From: the human T2T-CHM13v2.0 reference genome, Homo sapiens
NCBI RefSeq assembly: GCF_009914755.1
Contig: NC_060935.1
DNA length: 64,000 bases
Strand: one strand, 5' to 3'
A model generated the notes under the pieces. The model was not told the DNA's origin, ran no database searches, and saw nothing but the letters and a program-made list of their open reading frames with translations. A program made the translations under genes and the position numbers. Numbering within the stretch: the first letter of the stretch is position 1; each line of letters opens with the position of its first letter. This document shows positions 15,507 to 29,675 of this stretch, in pieces.

Positions 15507-15676
15507 CTTGATAGGCCAAGCAGGCAAAGGCTGTAAAAAGTTAGAGGCATAAGGATAGTCCACCATTGCCAGATTCACCCAGGTTTCAGAGATCCAGTCT
15601 TTCAAATGTTGGATGTCCTGAGAAGTTAATGGGCTGCATAAGTGAAGGGCTCCAGTAAGCCACTGCAAACCACTGC
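15507..15676 (-). CDS. PRCP: PRCP exon 6 (170 nt): SGLQWLTGALHLCSPLTSQDIQHLKDWISETWVNLAMVDYPYASNFLQPLPAWPIK
   Basis: Inside ORF 15474..15692; ag|GC AGT start, AAG|gtaata end; phase 1/0. Confidence 0.98.
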
Positions 15677-15949
15677 CTGGGAATAGAATCACACTGTTGG
15701 AATCTAAAAAGTACTGGTCAACAGATGTCTTTACAGATCATTTATTCTTCACATAGTATTTTAGAAAACTCAATCTTTTATACCCCTTCTCCCAGGATAT
15801 TTTCAGAGCAACTGGAGAATCCCATGACAGACAAGTTGCCTATCCTCATAGAGTTTACCATAATTAGTATTCAGAATTATTCTCCCTTTTTAATATACTA
15901 TTAAAATGAATAAATAGGAACACTATAGAACAACAAGAATACATAAACT

Positions 15950-16300
15950 ACAACTTAGTAAAACAAATGGATGTATCTATCAAACAGTGCTAAGCAAAAG
16001 ACAGTAGACACAAAAAAGACATGCTATGTAATTCCAATTACTAAAACATTTAAGAACAAGTAAAAATTAATCTATGGTTCTAGAAGTGAGGATGTTTTTG
16101 CTGGGTAGGTATAGAGGTAGTGACTGAAAAGGCACGAGGAGATTTCTGAGATGCTGACAACGCCCTTTACTGATTTAAATGCTAATTATACTGTGTCCTT
16201 GCTTTGTGAAAATTCATCAAGCTACGCATTTTGATTTGATTTTGATTTGTATAATTTTCTGTATGTACATTATACTTTAACAAAATGTTTACTTAAAAAG
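15950..16300 (+). mobile_element. L1ME 3' fragment in intron 5
   Basis: aattaatctatggt..agaagtgaggat..gctttgtgaaaattcatcaagct..tgtacattatactttaa pattern. Confidence 0.6.
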
Positions 16301-16371
16301 CGACAACTACTGAATTTAACAAATGAAAGGTTAAAAAAACACACAATTCCATTCTCTTAATTAAAGCTTAC

Positions 16372-16529
16372 CAGTATTTGAGAGTCGATTAATGGCATCC
16401 CAGGACCTGTGGATGCTCTCTGAACAATGTGGACCGCTTTTCCTAAAATCTGTAGTTACGATCTTCATAAATACACCACAAGGTACTAAATCCTCAAACT
16501 GCCAGATAGGGGCAGAAGCTGCAAGAGCT
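16372..16529 (-). CDS. PRCP: PRCP exon 5 (158 nt): ALAASAPIWQFEDLVPCGVFMKIVTTDFRKSGPHCSESIHRSWDAINRLSNT(G)
   Basis: Inside ORF 16361..16549; ag|A GCT start, G|gtaagc end; phase 2/1 fits both neighbours. Confidence 0.98.
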
Positions 16530-16781
16530 CTAAATGGCAAGAAAATCAAAGAAAGAAAAAAGAAAAGAAAAAATATATATATATATTATATATATGTCAT
16601 CTAAATCAAGTTTTAAAGTTGAAACATAATAAAAATATTGAGAAAAATAACACAGCTGTTAATGAGACAGAAGCCAGAAACCTCAGGGTAATGGCATGGA
16701 ACATGTTTTACCCAAAATGAATCTCTAAGTTTCCCTTGATAATCATTAAGAAACGTTCATGTCCAGTACAAATGCACTTAC

Positions 16782-16963
16782 CCAACTACCATATGAGGAT
16801 ATTTCATCCTAAACCAGGCGGCAAGCATGCCACCATAGGAGCCTCCTATGGCAATGACAGGTTGATTTTCAGCTCCTGGGATTGTTCTTTTCAAGTGTTT
16901 GATTAACTCTGCAAAATCAGCCAGAGCTTGTTCTGATGTCAGGAAATTCAAGTGTCTGGAATC
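16782..16963 (-). CDS. PRCP: PRCP exon 4 (182 nt): [60 protein letters not shown](G); contains catalytic Ser179
   Basis: Nucleophile elbow GGSYGG (Ser codon 16838-16840); ag|GAT start, GG|gtaagt end; phase 0/2. Confidence 0.98.
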
Positions 16964-17644
16964 CTAAAGAAATATAACAAAGAACACGGGTATAAATGTG
17001 CACATAACAGCAGCTTAGGAATAGCATGGATCCAGAAGAGAGCCAGTGTCAGATAAGCTTTTCTCTAAATAGAATTTCTAGGCAATTGAGCTAAAATGCC
17101 TAGTCAAAGCAATAACTGTGTGGATTCAAACTCATGAAAATGATTTTAAGTTTGTGGAAGAACATAATGTATTTTGTATGCAAGTAGATTGTAGAAACAA
17201 CAGAAACAAATTGTAGGTAAAATTTAATAGCAAATGTGATCGAATATAAACTAAGCTTAATAGATAACTGTTATAACTTTTGTTTTAAATCTTGGCACAT
17301 TTAAAATGTCTGCCACACAGGCAAATATAAACTAAATCTAGTGGACAATTGAGGTAAGAATCACCAGTAAAAATAAAACTCACCCTTCTTCATCGGAAAG
17401 ATTATATATGACCTCGGCCATATCAACAACTGAAACAAAGTAGCCTGCCTATTTTAAACAATTATAAAATTGGAAAGAAAAAAAAACTATTTTCAGGTAT
17501 TGGAAAACAGGCAACATGAGACATTGATCTTTGAGAAAAGGAAAACTCATAATGTTAAGTTTCATAAACATCCTGCTCTCTACATGAAGACAATTTCCCT
17601 ACTGCAGAAGGTGAAGCCCAGTGTCCTGCTGAGCTGAGAAGGCT

Positions 17645-18160
17645 AAGAAGGTCTTTTAAAATATGTCTGCAAATTCTTGACACTCATTCCTTTAAAAGGT
17701 GAAGCTTAATTCCACTCCCTTTGAACTTGGATGGGATTTAATGACTTGGTTCTAATGAATAGAATGGGGCAGAAATAATGATATGTGACTACCAAGGTTA
17801 GGTCATTAAAAAAACACTGCAGCTTCCACCTTGCTCTCCCGCACTGCCAACTTTGAGGGAAATTAGCTGCCTTGTAATGAACTCAAGTAGACCCTTAACT
17901 GCAGCCTCTTGTCAACATCCAGCACCAGTTTTATCTCGTATGTGAGTAATCCTCCATATGAGAGGCTCTCCAGCCCCAGTCAAGACTTCAGATGCCTGCA
18001 GCACCAGCTGACATCCTAACCTCATGAGACCCCCTGAAACAGAACCACCTAGCTAAACCACTCCTAATTCTTCACCCATGGAAACTATAAAGTAATAGAT
18101 GTTTATTGCTGTTTTAAGCCATAAGGTTTGAAGTACATCTTTACTAGACAACGAATACAG
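17645..18160 (+). mobile_element. MLT1F/G-type MaLR LTR
   Basis: aatagaatggggcagaa.taatg..tgtgact.ccaaggttaggtcat; ccagccccagtcaagacttcagatg.ctgcagc.ccagctgacatc. Confidence 0.75.
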
Positions 18161-19634
18161 CTACATACCTCTATTAGGCTACCCTGTTTGACTTTCATGC
18201 TTTGGTCTCACCATCCTGATTTCTTCCATCATCTGGCATATTACTGAATCACATAGATCCCATCTTTCCTATCTCCTATATATGCCACCTACTCCTTTAG
18301 CTTTCCCCCCTCTTCCAAGATGTATGCCTTCTTACCTCCTCTCTCCCTGTCTGTCACTATCCTTTACTTCCAGTTTTTATGGCACTCTGTACAGTTGAGT
18401 GCATTTTTTTTCTAATCCTTGCATAATATCTATAATATCCTTCATGCTACTGACATATTCTGTGAGCACACAAAGGGAAAGAAGTATATCAAAAAGAGCC
18501 CCTGGCTCCATTTTGCTAACACAGTATCATTTATAGAAACCTAGGAGAGGAAGTTATGTTCTATCTACAACAAGCTAACTGCTTCCCAGTGGTTTCAGGA
18601 CTTGTCAAGTCCCTTAATCAGATATTTACGCAAAATACCAAGCTAAAGAATAGAATTTCCCATACAGCTCAACAAATATCAGCAAATCATCCCACTTTAT
18701 ATTTATAACACAACATTTTTACTTATTTTTACTATTGTATTTATTTATAATATGAGATAGTAAAATATCCTTTTTAAAAATAAAAACTCCTTTCAAAATA
18801 GGCAGCCTAGTAAAGGACTGGCCCCAAGTCCTTCTAGCTGAGAGTTCCCAAAAGCATATGTATACACTGATGGTATTAGGAAGCACACAAACATTTTTAA
18901 TGGAACATTTATTGCTTCATTTTAGTGTAATTTGTAAAGAATAACCAGTACACAGAGCCCTTGGTTAAGATAATGCTAAGTTTAAAAAGTGAGCTGATTA
19001 AAGAAAAATATTAGGTAAATAATAGTACACGTGGCAAATTAATATAGCCAAAGTCACAAGTGTAGTAGTACATGAATGACTCAGTTGAAGAAAAAGTGTC
19101 CTGGTTTATTAGGTAGAGTCTGTGACAAAGGCCAAAGCTCCTGTGAGAACAGGAAAGGCTGAAAGGGAATCCAAGGGGCCAGTTGGCCTTAATGCATCAT
19201 ACAGCTTATTTGTCCTTATTTTATTGATTTTATTTTATTAAAAACATCTTATCAGATAAATTTGTTATGCTCATTATATTTTTTCCAGTGGCAGGCTCAA
19301 TAATTTAAGTGTACGATTTATAAAGCGGAATTGTTTACTGATATTTTTGAAATAATAAAAAGCTCCCTGTGCTGTCTCTGCAGCCACAGAGTAAAATTTA
19401 ACTTTCTGAGGCACACAGAGTTAAAAACTGATTAACATTAAGAATTATAATAAAATGGCTTAAAAAAAACCCTCAGTCTGTTCAAATTGTATCTAAAAAG
19501 AAACTATTAAATATAAACTATTGAGCTTTTAGGCATTTCAAATTTAAGTTATCTCACAGTGGGGCATATAATTTAGAAACTATTCTAAATTGAAAAGAAA
19601 AAGCTTGTAACTTTTAAGTAAAAAGTATCTTTAC

Positions 19635-19736
19635 CTTGAATGAGTTGTCACCAAAGGGGAGAGACTCTCCATAGTATCGATGTTCAGCAAACACCAACAT
19701 AGCTTTCAGTTCCTCAGCCACATCCCACATGAACCC
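19635..19736 (-). CDS. PRCP: PRCP exon 3 (102 nt): GFMWDVAEELKAMLVFAEHRYYGESLPFGDNSFK
   Basis: S28 EHRYYGES motif; ag|GGG start, AAG|gtaaag end; phase 0/0. Too short to appear in the ORF track; read manually. Confidence 0.98.
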
Positions 19737-21794
19737 CTAAGAAGAGTTTACAAAATCACAGGATAAAATCAGAATGTGAAAAAAAGTCACTGAACCTTTT
19801 GGCAAACCATATGGAATAGATGTTAAGCCAGAACAAAAAGAGCACTCTACAAAGTTGCACAATTTGTGTTTGTTCCACAAATAAATGACATAATTGATGT
19901 CTTATTGTTGCATATCAATCTCACACTTTATGAGTGAAACAATTAAAAATAATCCCAGGTTGCTCATCCACTAGTCATCCACGTCTTTTTATCCTGACAC
20001 TCTAGCCCTAGCATCAACATTATGTCTAAAATGGTCTTCATGTACAAAGAGCCAGTACAAATCCTACTGAAATTATTTTTAAATAAGGACGAGGGCCTCT
20101 TCCCTAACTCATTCTATGAAGCTAGCATCATTATGATACAACACCTGGCAGGGACACAATGAAACAAGAAAACTTCGGGCCAATATCCCTGACGAAAATA
20201 GATGCAAAAACCCTTAACAAAGCTAGCAAACCAAAATCCAGCAGCATCAAGAAGTTAATTTACCAGAATCATATAGGCTTTATTCCTGGATGCAAGGATG
20301 GTTCAACATACACAAATCAATAAACAGAATTCACCACATAAACAGAACTAAAAAATAAAACCACATGATCATCTCAATAGATGCAGAAAATGTATTCGAC
20401 AAAATTCAACATCCCTTCATGGTAAAAATTCTCAAAAAAGTAGGTATTGAAGGAACATACCGCAACATAATAAAAGCCATCTATGACAAACCCATAGCCA
20501 ACATCGTACTGAATGGGCAAAAGCTGTAAGCATTCCCCTTGAGAACTAAGACAAGGCAAGCATGCTCTGTCTCAGCACTCTTATCCAACACGGCACTGGA
20601 AGTTATAGCCAGTGCAATCAGGCAAGAGAAAGAAATAAAAGGCATCCAAACAGGAAGAGAGGATGTCAAACTGTCTCTTTTCACAAATGATATGATGCTA
20701 TACCTAGAAACCCCACAGACTCCACCAAAAGACTTCTAGAAGTGACAAAACAACTTCAGTAAAGTTTCATTATCAAATTTAATGTATAAAAATCAGTAGC
20801 ATGTCTATATACCAATAACAATCAAGCTAACAGCCAAATCAAAAACACAATCCCATTTACAATAGCCACAAAAAGAATGAAATATCCAGGAATACAGCTA
20901 ACCAAGGAAGTGAATCATCTCTACAATGAGAATTACAAACCACTGCTGAAAGGCATCAGAAACAACACAAAGAAATGGAAAGACATTCCATGTTCATACA
21001 TAGGAAGAATCAATATTGTTAAAATGGCCATACTCCCCAAAGCAATTTACAGATTCAATACTATTGCTATCAAATTACCAACATCATTTTTCACAGAGTT
21101 AGGAAAAAAAAACTATTTTGAAATCCATATAAAACAACAACAAACAAACAAACAAAAAACTTGAATCACCAAAGCAATCCTAAGCAAGAAAAACAAAGCC
21201 AGAGGCATCACACTACCTGACTTCAAACTATACTGCAAGGCTACAATAACCAAAACATCAGGTACTGGTACAAAAATAGGCATGCAGACCAATGTAACAG
21301 GATAGAGAATCCAAAAATCAAGCCACATGCTTGCAACAACCTGATCTTAAATAAAGTCAACAATAACAAGCAATGGGAAAAGGACTCCGTATTCAATAAA
21401 TGGTGCTGGGATAACTGGCTAGCCATATGCAGAAGATTGAAACTGGACCCCTTCCTTTCACCATATACAAAAATCAACTCAAAATGGATAAAAGACTTAA
21501 ATGTAAAACTGAAAACTATAAAAAGCCCAAAAACCCCAGAAGAAAACTGAGGAAATACCATTCTGGACATCAGCCTTGGCAAAGAATTTATGACTAAGTC
21601 CCAAAAAGCAATTGCAACAAAAACAAAAGCTGACAAGTGGGACCTAATTAAACTAAAGAGCTTCTGCACAGCAAAAGAAACTATCAACAGAGTAAACAGA
21701 CCACCTACAGAATGAGAGAAAATATTTGCAAACTATGCATCTGACAAAGGTCTAATATCTAGAATCTATAAGGAACTTAAATTTACAAGAAAAG

Positions 21795-22168
<374 letters not shown>

Positions 22169-22471
22169 TCAAAAGAAGACATACACAAGGCCAACAAACA
22201 TGAACAAAGGCTCAACATCATTATCATCAGAGAAATGCAAATGAAAACCACAATGAGATACCATCTCATACCAGTTAGGATGGCTATTATTAAAAAACAG
22301 TAAAAAAATAACAGATGTTGGTGAGGTTGTGGAGAAAGGGGAATGCTTATAAACTGTTAGTACGATATAAATTAGTTCAGCCACTACGGAAAGCAGTTTG
22401 GAGATTTCCCAAAGAACTTGAAATAGAACTACCATTCAACCCACCAATCCTCACTACTGGGTATATACCTA

Positions 22472-22645
<174 letters not shown>

Positions 22646-23224
22646 AACCATTCTACCAAAAAGACACATGCACTTGTATGTTCATCTTAGCACTGTTTGC
22701 AATATCAAAGACACAGAATCAACCTAGATACCCTTCAAGAGTGGACTGGATAAAGACAATGTGGTCTATATACACCATAGAATACTACGTAGCCATTAAA
22801 AAGAACAAAATAATATCCTTTGCAGTAACATGGATGTAGCTGGAGGCCATTATCCTAAGTGACCTAATAGAGCAACAGGAAACCAAACACTGCATGTTCT
22901 CACTTATAAGCAGGAGCTAAACACTGAATACACATGGACACAAAGAGGGGAACAATAGACACTGCATGACTACTAGAGGGGCTAATAGTGCAGGGAGTGT
23001 GGGTGTGGGGCATGAGTTCAACAACTACGTATCAGGTACTATGCTTACTACCTAGGTGATGGGATCATTCATACACCAAATCTGAGCAACACACAATTTA
23101 CCCAAGTTAACAAACCTGCACATGTACCCCCTGAACCTAAAATAAAAGTCAAGAAAAAAAAACACGATGGAGAGAAAACAAATTAAATAAAAATAAAAGG
23201 TAATTTCAACTTTAAAAAAAAATG

Positions 23225-23511
23225 GGCCAGGCGCAGTCGCTCACGCCTGTAATCCCAACACTTTGGGAGGCCGAGGCGGGCGGATCACGAGGTCAGGAGA
23301 TCGAGATCACGGTGAAACCCTGTCTCTACTAAAAATACAAAAAATTAGCCGGGCGTGGTGGCAGGCGCCTGTAGTCCCAGCTACTCGGGAGGCTGAGGCA
23401 GGAAAATGGCGTGAACCTGGGAGGCGAAGCTTGCAGTAGCCGAGATAGCGCCACTGCACTCCAGCCTGGGCGACAGAGCGAGCCTCTGTCTCAAAAAAAA
23501 AAAAAAAAAAA
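23225..23511 (+). mobile_element. AluY with a 12-bp left-arm deletion (AluYd-type)
   Basis: gagatcgagatcacggtgaaacc lacks catcctggctaa; other AluY diagnostics present. Confidence 0.85.
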
Positions 23512-23689
23512 GTCTACAAATTGCACTGTTTGCCAAATCTTCTAGGAAAGAGCTAAAGATATCTAAAGAAGCTGTCTACTCATAGGCATTGACAACATAA
23601 AAGAGAAAGCAAAACAAACAAGCATACTAAACTCCCTAGGGGGTTTCAATTAATCTTCTTTATTGGAAAATAAATAGTAGCACACAATG

Positions 23690-23910
23690 GCTAATAATAA
23701 CTGAGTGTTTATAATGTGTCAGGCACTGTTCTAAGCATTTCATATGAATTAATTCACTTAATTATCACAGCAATCTATGAAATAGGCACTTTGATTACCC
23801 CCATTTTATAGACAAGAACATTGAGGCACAAGAGTTTAAATAACTTTCAACATTCACACAGCTAGTAAGCGGCATTGCCAAGATTCAAACAGGTGTCTGG
23901 CTCCAGAGCA
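23690..23910 (-). mobile_element. MIR
   Basis: tgtgtcaggcactgttctaagcattt..cccattttatagac.aga..attgaggcaca..cacacagctagtaag. Confidence 0.75.
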
Positions 23911-26435
23911 CCATCATCAAGAGCTGTTAGATCTCCTTGCTAGAACCATCTATATCTGGTCATTAGCCAATCACTTCATTTTTTCGCTTACTCAGTTGTG
24001 GCCTCAGAATCTGTTCTCAACGAAGCATTCTAGGTAGTCAACATCAATCGATTAGATTTAGATTTAGCACAGATTAAAACTACTTGTCATTCCTAGTGCA
24101 CATTGTTGCTTTTTAGTGAGTTCCTGCTCCCTAACAAAGACTAAGAACCTCAAGTGTTTTTGTTTTGATCGATAAATGAACAATTAGAAGAGTTATATGC
24201 ATGTAAGGATAGAGAATTTAACCAGATATTTGTGATGGTTTCAATAACCCCCACTTTCTCTCTTAAGGATCTACTCATTCCCTGCCATTTATCTACAGAT
24301 CTTGCAAACACCCAGCTCAAGCATGCCCACCTCTGCCTGCCCCACCTTGGCAGTGCTGATCACTCCCCCTTCTCAACACCACTGTGCTAGGTATAGGTCC
24401 CTGGTACTGTGCCGCAAAATTTGCTTACATGTATGTCACACACCAGACCGTGAGTATCTTAAGAGTAAAGATCATCCATTACAATGTCCAGACCTCTGTG
24501 CAGTTGATTTCAGGCTTTGAGAGGAGGCAATTTCATTGAACTAGTTCACAAAGTAATAAGTGATGTATTTCAGGAGTATTCTTATTTTTCAAAAGAGGTC
24601 AATGTAATATATCAACATCTTTTAACATTATGTGCTTGCAAGTCCCCTAATCTTCTTTAATTCTTTACACAACTCTATGAACCATTATTACTGTATCCAT
24701 TTAACAGATGAGAAAACTGAGGCACAGAACAAGAAACTTACCTAAAGTCACACAGCAAAGTGGCAAAATCAGCATTCAAACCTTGTCTATCTGACTGAAG
24801 CCTTCACTCTCGACCACTGTGTGATGCTGCCTCTCAACAAATTAATGTCCAGCAGTGAATGTGCACTGGAACATTTTGGTATGTAAAGGAAGGTCTCTGG
24901 GGCTGCGGATGGGCCAGGATCTGCTCTTCTATGATCTGCCTCTAGTCAGTTCTTCAGAACTGTTCCTACACTGAATATCTCTTCCTTTCCACCACTTTCG
25001 AGAACAGAGATACCCCAGCAAACCTTAAGTTCTGCCACAGTGCCTGTCAGAGTAGTGCCTAGTGGAGGCAGGAACAGCTACCTGCCTATAATACAAGAGA
25101 ATGGAAACTGGAAAAATCACTGGACAGGGTAAGTTACCCTGTGGCCTTCACATAAAATGAAAGTCACACCAAAAGGAGAAAAGAGACAAGGCAGCCTCTG
25201 TGGTTTCACAGAATAACAGAACGGGAATCTGATGGAAAGGAGATTTCTCTTGTCTCCTTTCCAGAAATCAGAGAAAGAATCTGATTTCTCTTGTCACTGA
25301 CCTAAAAGAAATAGGCATCCTAGGATCTCATTTCTCTGGGAAGTATTTTATTTCAACTAAATTACTTAGATTCTTAACATTCCTAAGGAAATAATCAGAA
25401 ATGAGAAATGCAATAACAATGTAATTGGGTTCATATCTTTACTTTAAATTCATATACCAGTTAAACAAACATTTACTGAGACCTCCTGACTACCAGGCAT
25501 TGTGCCAGACACTGGCATTAGGGATAATACATAATTCATTCCCCACTTTAAGGTAGTTCACAACTAGCTTTTTGGTAGAAAGTTGACATTTCCTAGTCAC
25601 AGCACTGACACATTGAAAAGGAGCATTTCTTCCTTTCACATATCTTTCCAAATTAAGTTTTGTTAATGGATTTCGGCATTATAAAAGGTGATAGAAAATA
25701 TAGTCAGGGAAGCAAGCTAACAGGCTATATACTACTTTTAACCCTCACAAATAAAAGAAAATGGTAGAACAGGAAAGCTAAACTAAAATGTAACTACAAC
25801 TTTACCTTTTCCCATTCCTATTTGTATATTTTTTTCTCATTTGCACTGGCTTTGTTTAGGTTTTATTCATTCATTCATTTAACAGACATATATCACCTTC
25901 TATATGTCCTGGACACTGACAATATAACACTAAACATACAAAAATTCCCACCCTTGTTTTTACCTTCTAGAGACCATAATCAAAATAAACTATACACAGT
26001 AACATTCTTATCCGTTTCCCTTATATGCTTGTTCACTCTAGAAACAAGCTGAGATTTTATAAACAAAACAAAGCAAAACAAAAACAAAAAACTTGCAAAA
26101 TTCAATTCTCTGGGATGTTCAGGCAGTCCATGAAAAATACAATAAAATAAAATAATTCAATTCTCCAAAAATTGTACATTATTCTTTTCATTTGTAATTC
26201 TTTAAAGCTGAATATGCAGACTTATTGGATATCTGTATTTAATTCTTTTATGAACTTCCTATTCATGTGCTTTTGCTATTTTTCTATTATTAGTGTGTTA
26301 ATTTTTTTGTTATTTTTTACAGAACTTTACAATTAAGAACAGCAATGTTTGGTCATACATATTGCAAAACATTTCTTCCAAGTTATCATAATAAAAGTCA
26401 AATTGAGCACTGGAATTTCATGAATCTGCACATAC

Positions 26436-26576
26436 CGTGTTATTACAAAACCAGATAATGTCCCCTTCATTACCAGTGTAGAAAAGTATTGATCCACCAT
26501 TTTTCTTCCAGTATTTATCAGCTACTAGGTACCGCTGATTAAAAGTTTTCACAGTATTAAATCCAAAATGATCAAC
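26436..26576 (-). CDS. PRCP: PRCP exon 2 (141 nt): VDHFGFNTVKTFNQRYLVADKYWKKNGGSILFYTGNEGDIIWFCNNT
   Basis: Translation matches PRCP and S28 motifs (DHF, FNQRY, YTGNEG); ag|GTT start, ACG|gtatgt end; phase 0/0. Confidence 0.98.
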
Positions 26577-26889
26577 CTGTGATAAAAACAAAACAAAACA
26601 TATTTCAAAGGAAAGTAATAAAATGAGATCAACATAAAGGTAATTAATTCTTCCATTAAAATCAATCTCTACTACAAAAATAATCACAAGAAATTTTAAA
26701 CTTCACTGTTTTATTATTAATAGTAATATCGATATTATTATTTTGAAATCATTTCCTTATATTATAAAATAAAGTAATATTTGCTATTGGTGATCAAGAT
26801 TTTCAATGTAAAAGAAAAAATACAATTATAAAATCAAATAGCTACTTAAAAACATAATGTTAAAATTGAATTGTAAATACAATGTGAAC

Positions 26890-27095
26890 CCTTTTTTAAT
26901 TTTTAATGCATTTTTAATTGGCAAATAAAATTTTACGTATGGTGTATATAACATGATGTTCTGAAATACGTATATGCTGTAGAATGGCTAAATTGAGCTA
27001 ATTAACATAAGCATTACCTCATATATTTATCATTTTTTGTGATAAGACCACTTAAAATCTACTCCCTTAGCAATTTTTAAGTATATAATACATCC
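26890..27095 (-). mobile_element. L1MA/MB 3' end fragment
   Basis: gaatggctaaattgagctaattaacata.gcattacctcata...acttaaaatctactc.cttagcaatttt. Confidence 0.75.
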
Positions 27096-28367
27096 CATTA
27101 TTTTTCAAAATACAGTTTTCCATTACTATCTGAATTTTCATTGTACAAACTTTCAATATTAAAAATTCATGAACTAAATAGACTACTGAAAAGGTCCATA
27201 AACCTTGTCACCCCAGCACACCATAGATATTCTAAGTTACAAGAATTTCATGTCTATATCATTCCCACCAAAAGAAATTAGGGCTTATTAGTGAAGTGGC
27301 TGATTGACATTTGGGACAAGGAAGCTGCAAGATAAGCTTATGCATTTTGCTGTGCAAGGAAGCAAGAAAGTGCTCACAATTAATGGAGAGTTATATTTAA
27401 AGAAGATAGGAACCAACCACAAGGAACTATCACTGGCAATCATTTTAATAAATTGAACGTAAAACAAAAACAAATTAAACATAAAAAGAATAATGACTGT
27501 AGTTAATTGAAACATTCAATTCATGAAACTCCATTAGTCCACAAAAATATTTCTAAAAAGGAAAGAAAGGAAAAGGTTCATTTGCCACCATTTGTTTATT
27601 AAATCAACTCTTACTCTGAAATTGGGAATTAAAAAGTAAAAAATTCAACATTTAACCTGCCTGTCCAACAGAACTGTGTTTGATGGCTACGAATAGTCCC
27701 AGTTAATAAAGAAGAGCTGTGTTTAGTCAAATGTCAGCTAATGTGGAAGGAATGACAGAATTAGAATATGACAGTTCTGTAAAGTTACTGATTCAGGCAA
27801 GAATTATCAATTGGTGTTAAAAGCATTAGGAAAATGAATAATATGAAAATGAACATTCATATAGTATCAAAGTAATACAATAGAGAATACTCGCTTGTCA
27901 CAAGGGGAAAACATAACTACAATGGAAGGATCAGGCTGCTATCACTTTAATCTAGTAATTAATTTTGTTAGTATCATCAATGGTAGAGCACGCAGGGATT
28001 ATGTATCTCCTCATGTGGCACAACATGAAGCACATATCACCTATGACGTATTCCTGCCGAAAATGTTTCATTTCATCTTAATCCAGCCTTTAGATCTAAT
28101 TTCCAGGTTCCAGGAAATATAAAGGTAAAAGAGCAAGTTGAAGATATTTCAAAGGGACAACAGATACTGAAGGTAGAACATTTTACAAGACAATTGACAA
28201 GGCAATATCATGAGAAAGGACTATTTTAGATTAAATGAATTTTAAGGAACATAATAACCAGACATAATACATGACCCTGGATTGGATCCTAGTTTGAACA
28301 AACAAGATATACACAATGATGTAGGGACAAATGTGTAATTTTAATATGGACTAGTTATTAAATGATA

Positions 28368-28615
28368 CAGGTTGAGCATCCCTAATCCAAAAATCCAAAA
28401 TCCAAATGCTCCAAATCTGAAACTTTTGAGCACCAACATGATACTCAAGGGAAAGGCTCATTAGAGTATTTCAAATTTTGGATTTTCAGATTAGGTATAT
28501 TCAGTCAGTAACCATAATATGACTATTACAAAATCAAAAAAAAAAATCCAAAAAAAAATCCAAAATCTGAAATGCTTCTGGTCCTAAGCATTTCAGAAAA
28601 GGAATACTCAATTTG
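28368..28615. mobile_element. Tigger4a/MER46A, inside old L1M sequence (about 27250-28700)
   Basis: TA then caggttgagcatccctaatccaaaaatccaaaatcc...gaatactcaatttg terminal inverted repeats. Confidence 0.85.
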
Positions 28616-29493
28616 ACCTAAAGACTTGTTCATTTTGTCAAAAGTGTTCATATTGTTTTGGCTACATAAGAAAATGATTTCTTAAACGGAATTTTAAATA
28701 TATTTTTGAGATTTCTTTTTACCCTTTGAGATTTTTTAACTTACTATTTAAAATGTAATTATCAAATACTATAACATGGTAAGATTCATGTACAACAATC
28801 TGAATTTACAGATTTACCCTGCAGCACAGAGTCTCACTGAGCCTTTAGCATCATGGGGGCTAAATTCCTCAGTGCTTTGGAAAGACAGAAATGAGAATGC
28901 AGCACCCAGTCTGGGTCAGACATAGGCTGTTCCAGCGCTGCTCCAGTCTCCCAGGAACAGTGCTTAGTTTTGACCTAAACCAGACCCTGTAAGACTTGCC
29001 TAGGTCATTCTAAAACAGATGGGACTTCCTGCACCCAGCTCTATCTACACACACAGTTCCCATTCATACCACTGGTCCCAAAACACAAGTGTCTCAAAAC
29101 TTTACCTAACTGCAAACTTCCTGGTATCTATGATCATCACCATATGTAGTCCTAAAATATGATATTCTAATCTAAAGACTGTCTACTTTTCAGGAAAATA
29201 AGCAGTTTTTATGGACGAGGTATGTAATAATGATGTCCATGTGCTATAAACCCTTCCATTATACATGTTAATTTACTCAATCATTCACTCAACAAGAATC
29301 TATTGAATTCCTATTTTGGGCCAAGTACTAAGCTAAGCAATGGGATAAAGAGTTGGCTGAGCTGCAATCCCTGAATTTAACTTAAGCTAATTCAACTATA
29401 TCCACTCAGCCTAAAAATGAAAGGGCAAGAAAGGCAGACAGACAGTGAAAGGAAGACGGATAAGTGATTCCACCTGCTTCCATTCAATTAGTA

Positions 29494-29675
29494 CAGTGGT
29501 TCTCCAGGTGAGGTCCCCAGACCAGCAGTATCAGCTTCACCTGAGAACTTGCTGAAAATGCAATCCCCTTGGCTGAATCCCAGACCTACAGAATCAGAAA
29601 CCATGAGGGTAAAACCCAGTAAACTGTGCTTTAACAAGCCGTACAGGTGATTCTGTAAAGTTTTGAAAACCACTG
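29494..29675. mobile_element. MER5A (hAT-Charlie)
   Basis: TIRs cagtggttctc / gaaaaccactg; cccagacctac.gaatcagaaac, tttaacaagcc..caggtgattct. Confidence 0.85.
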
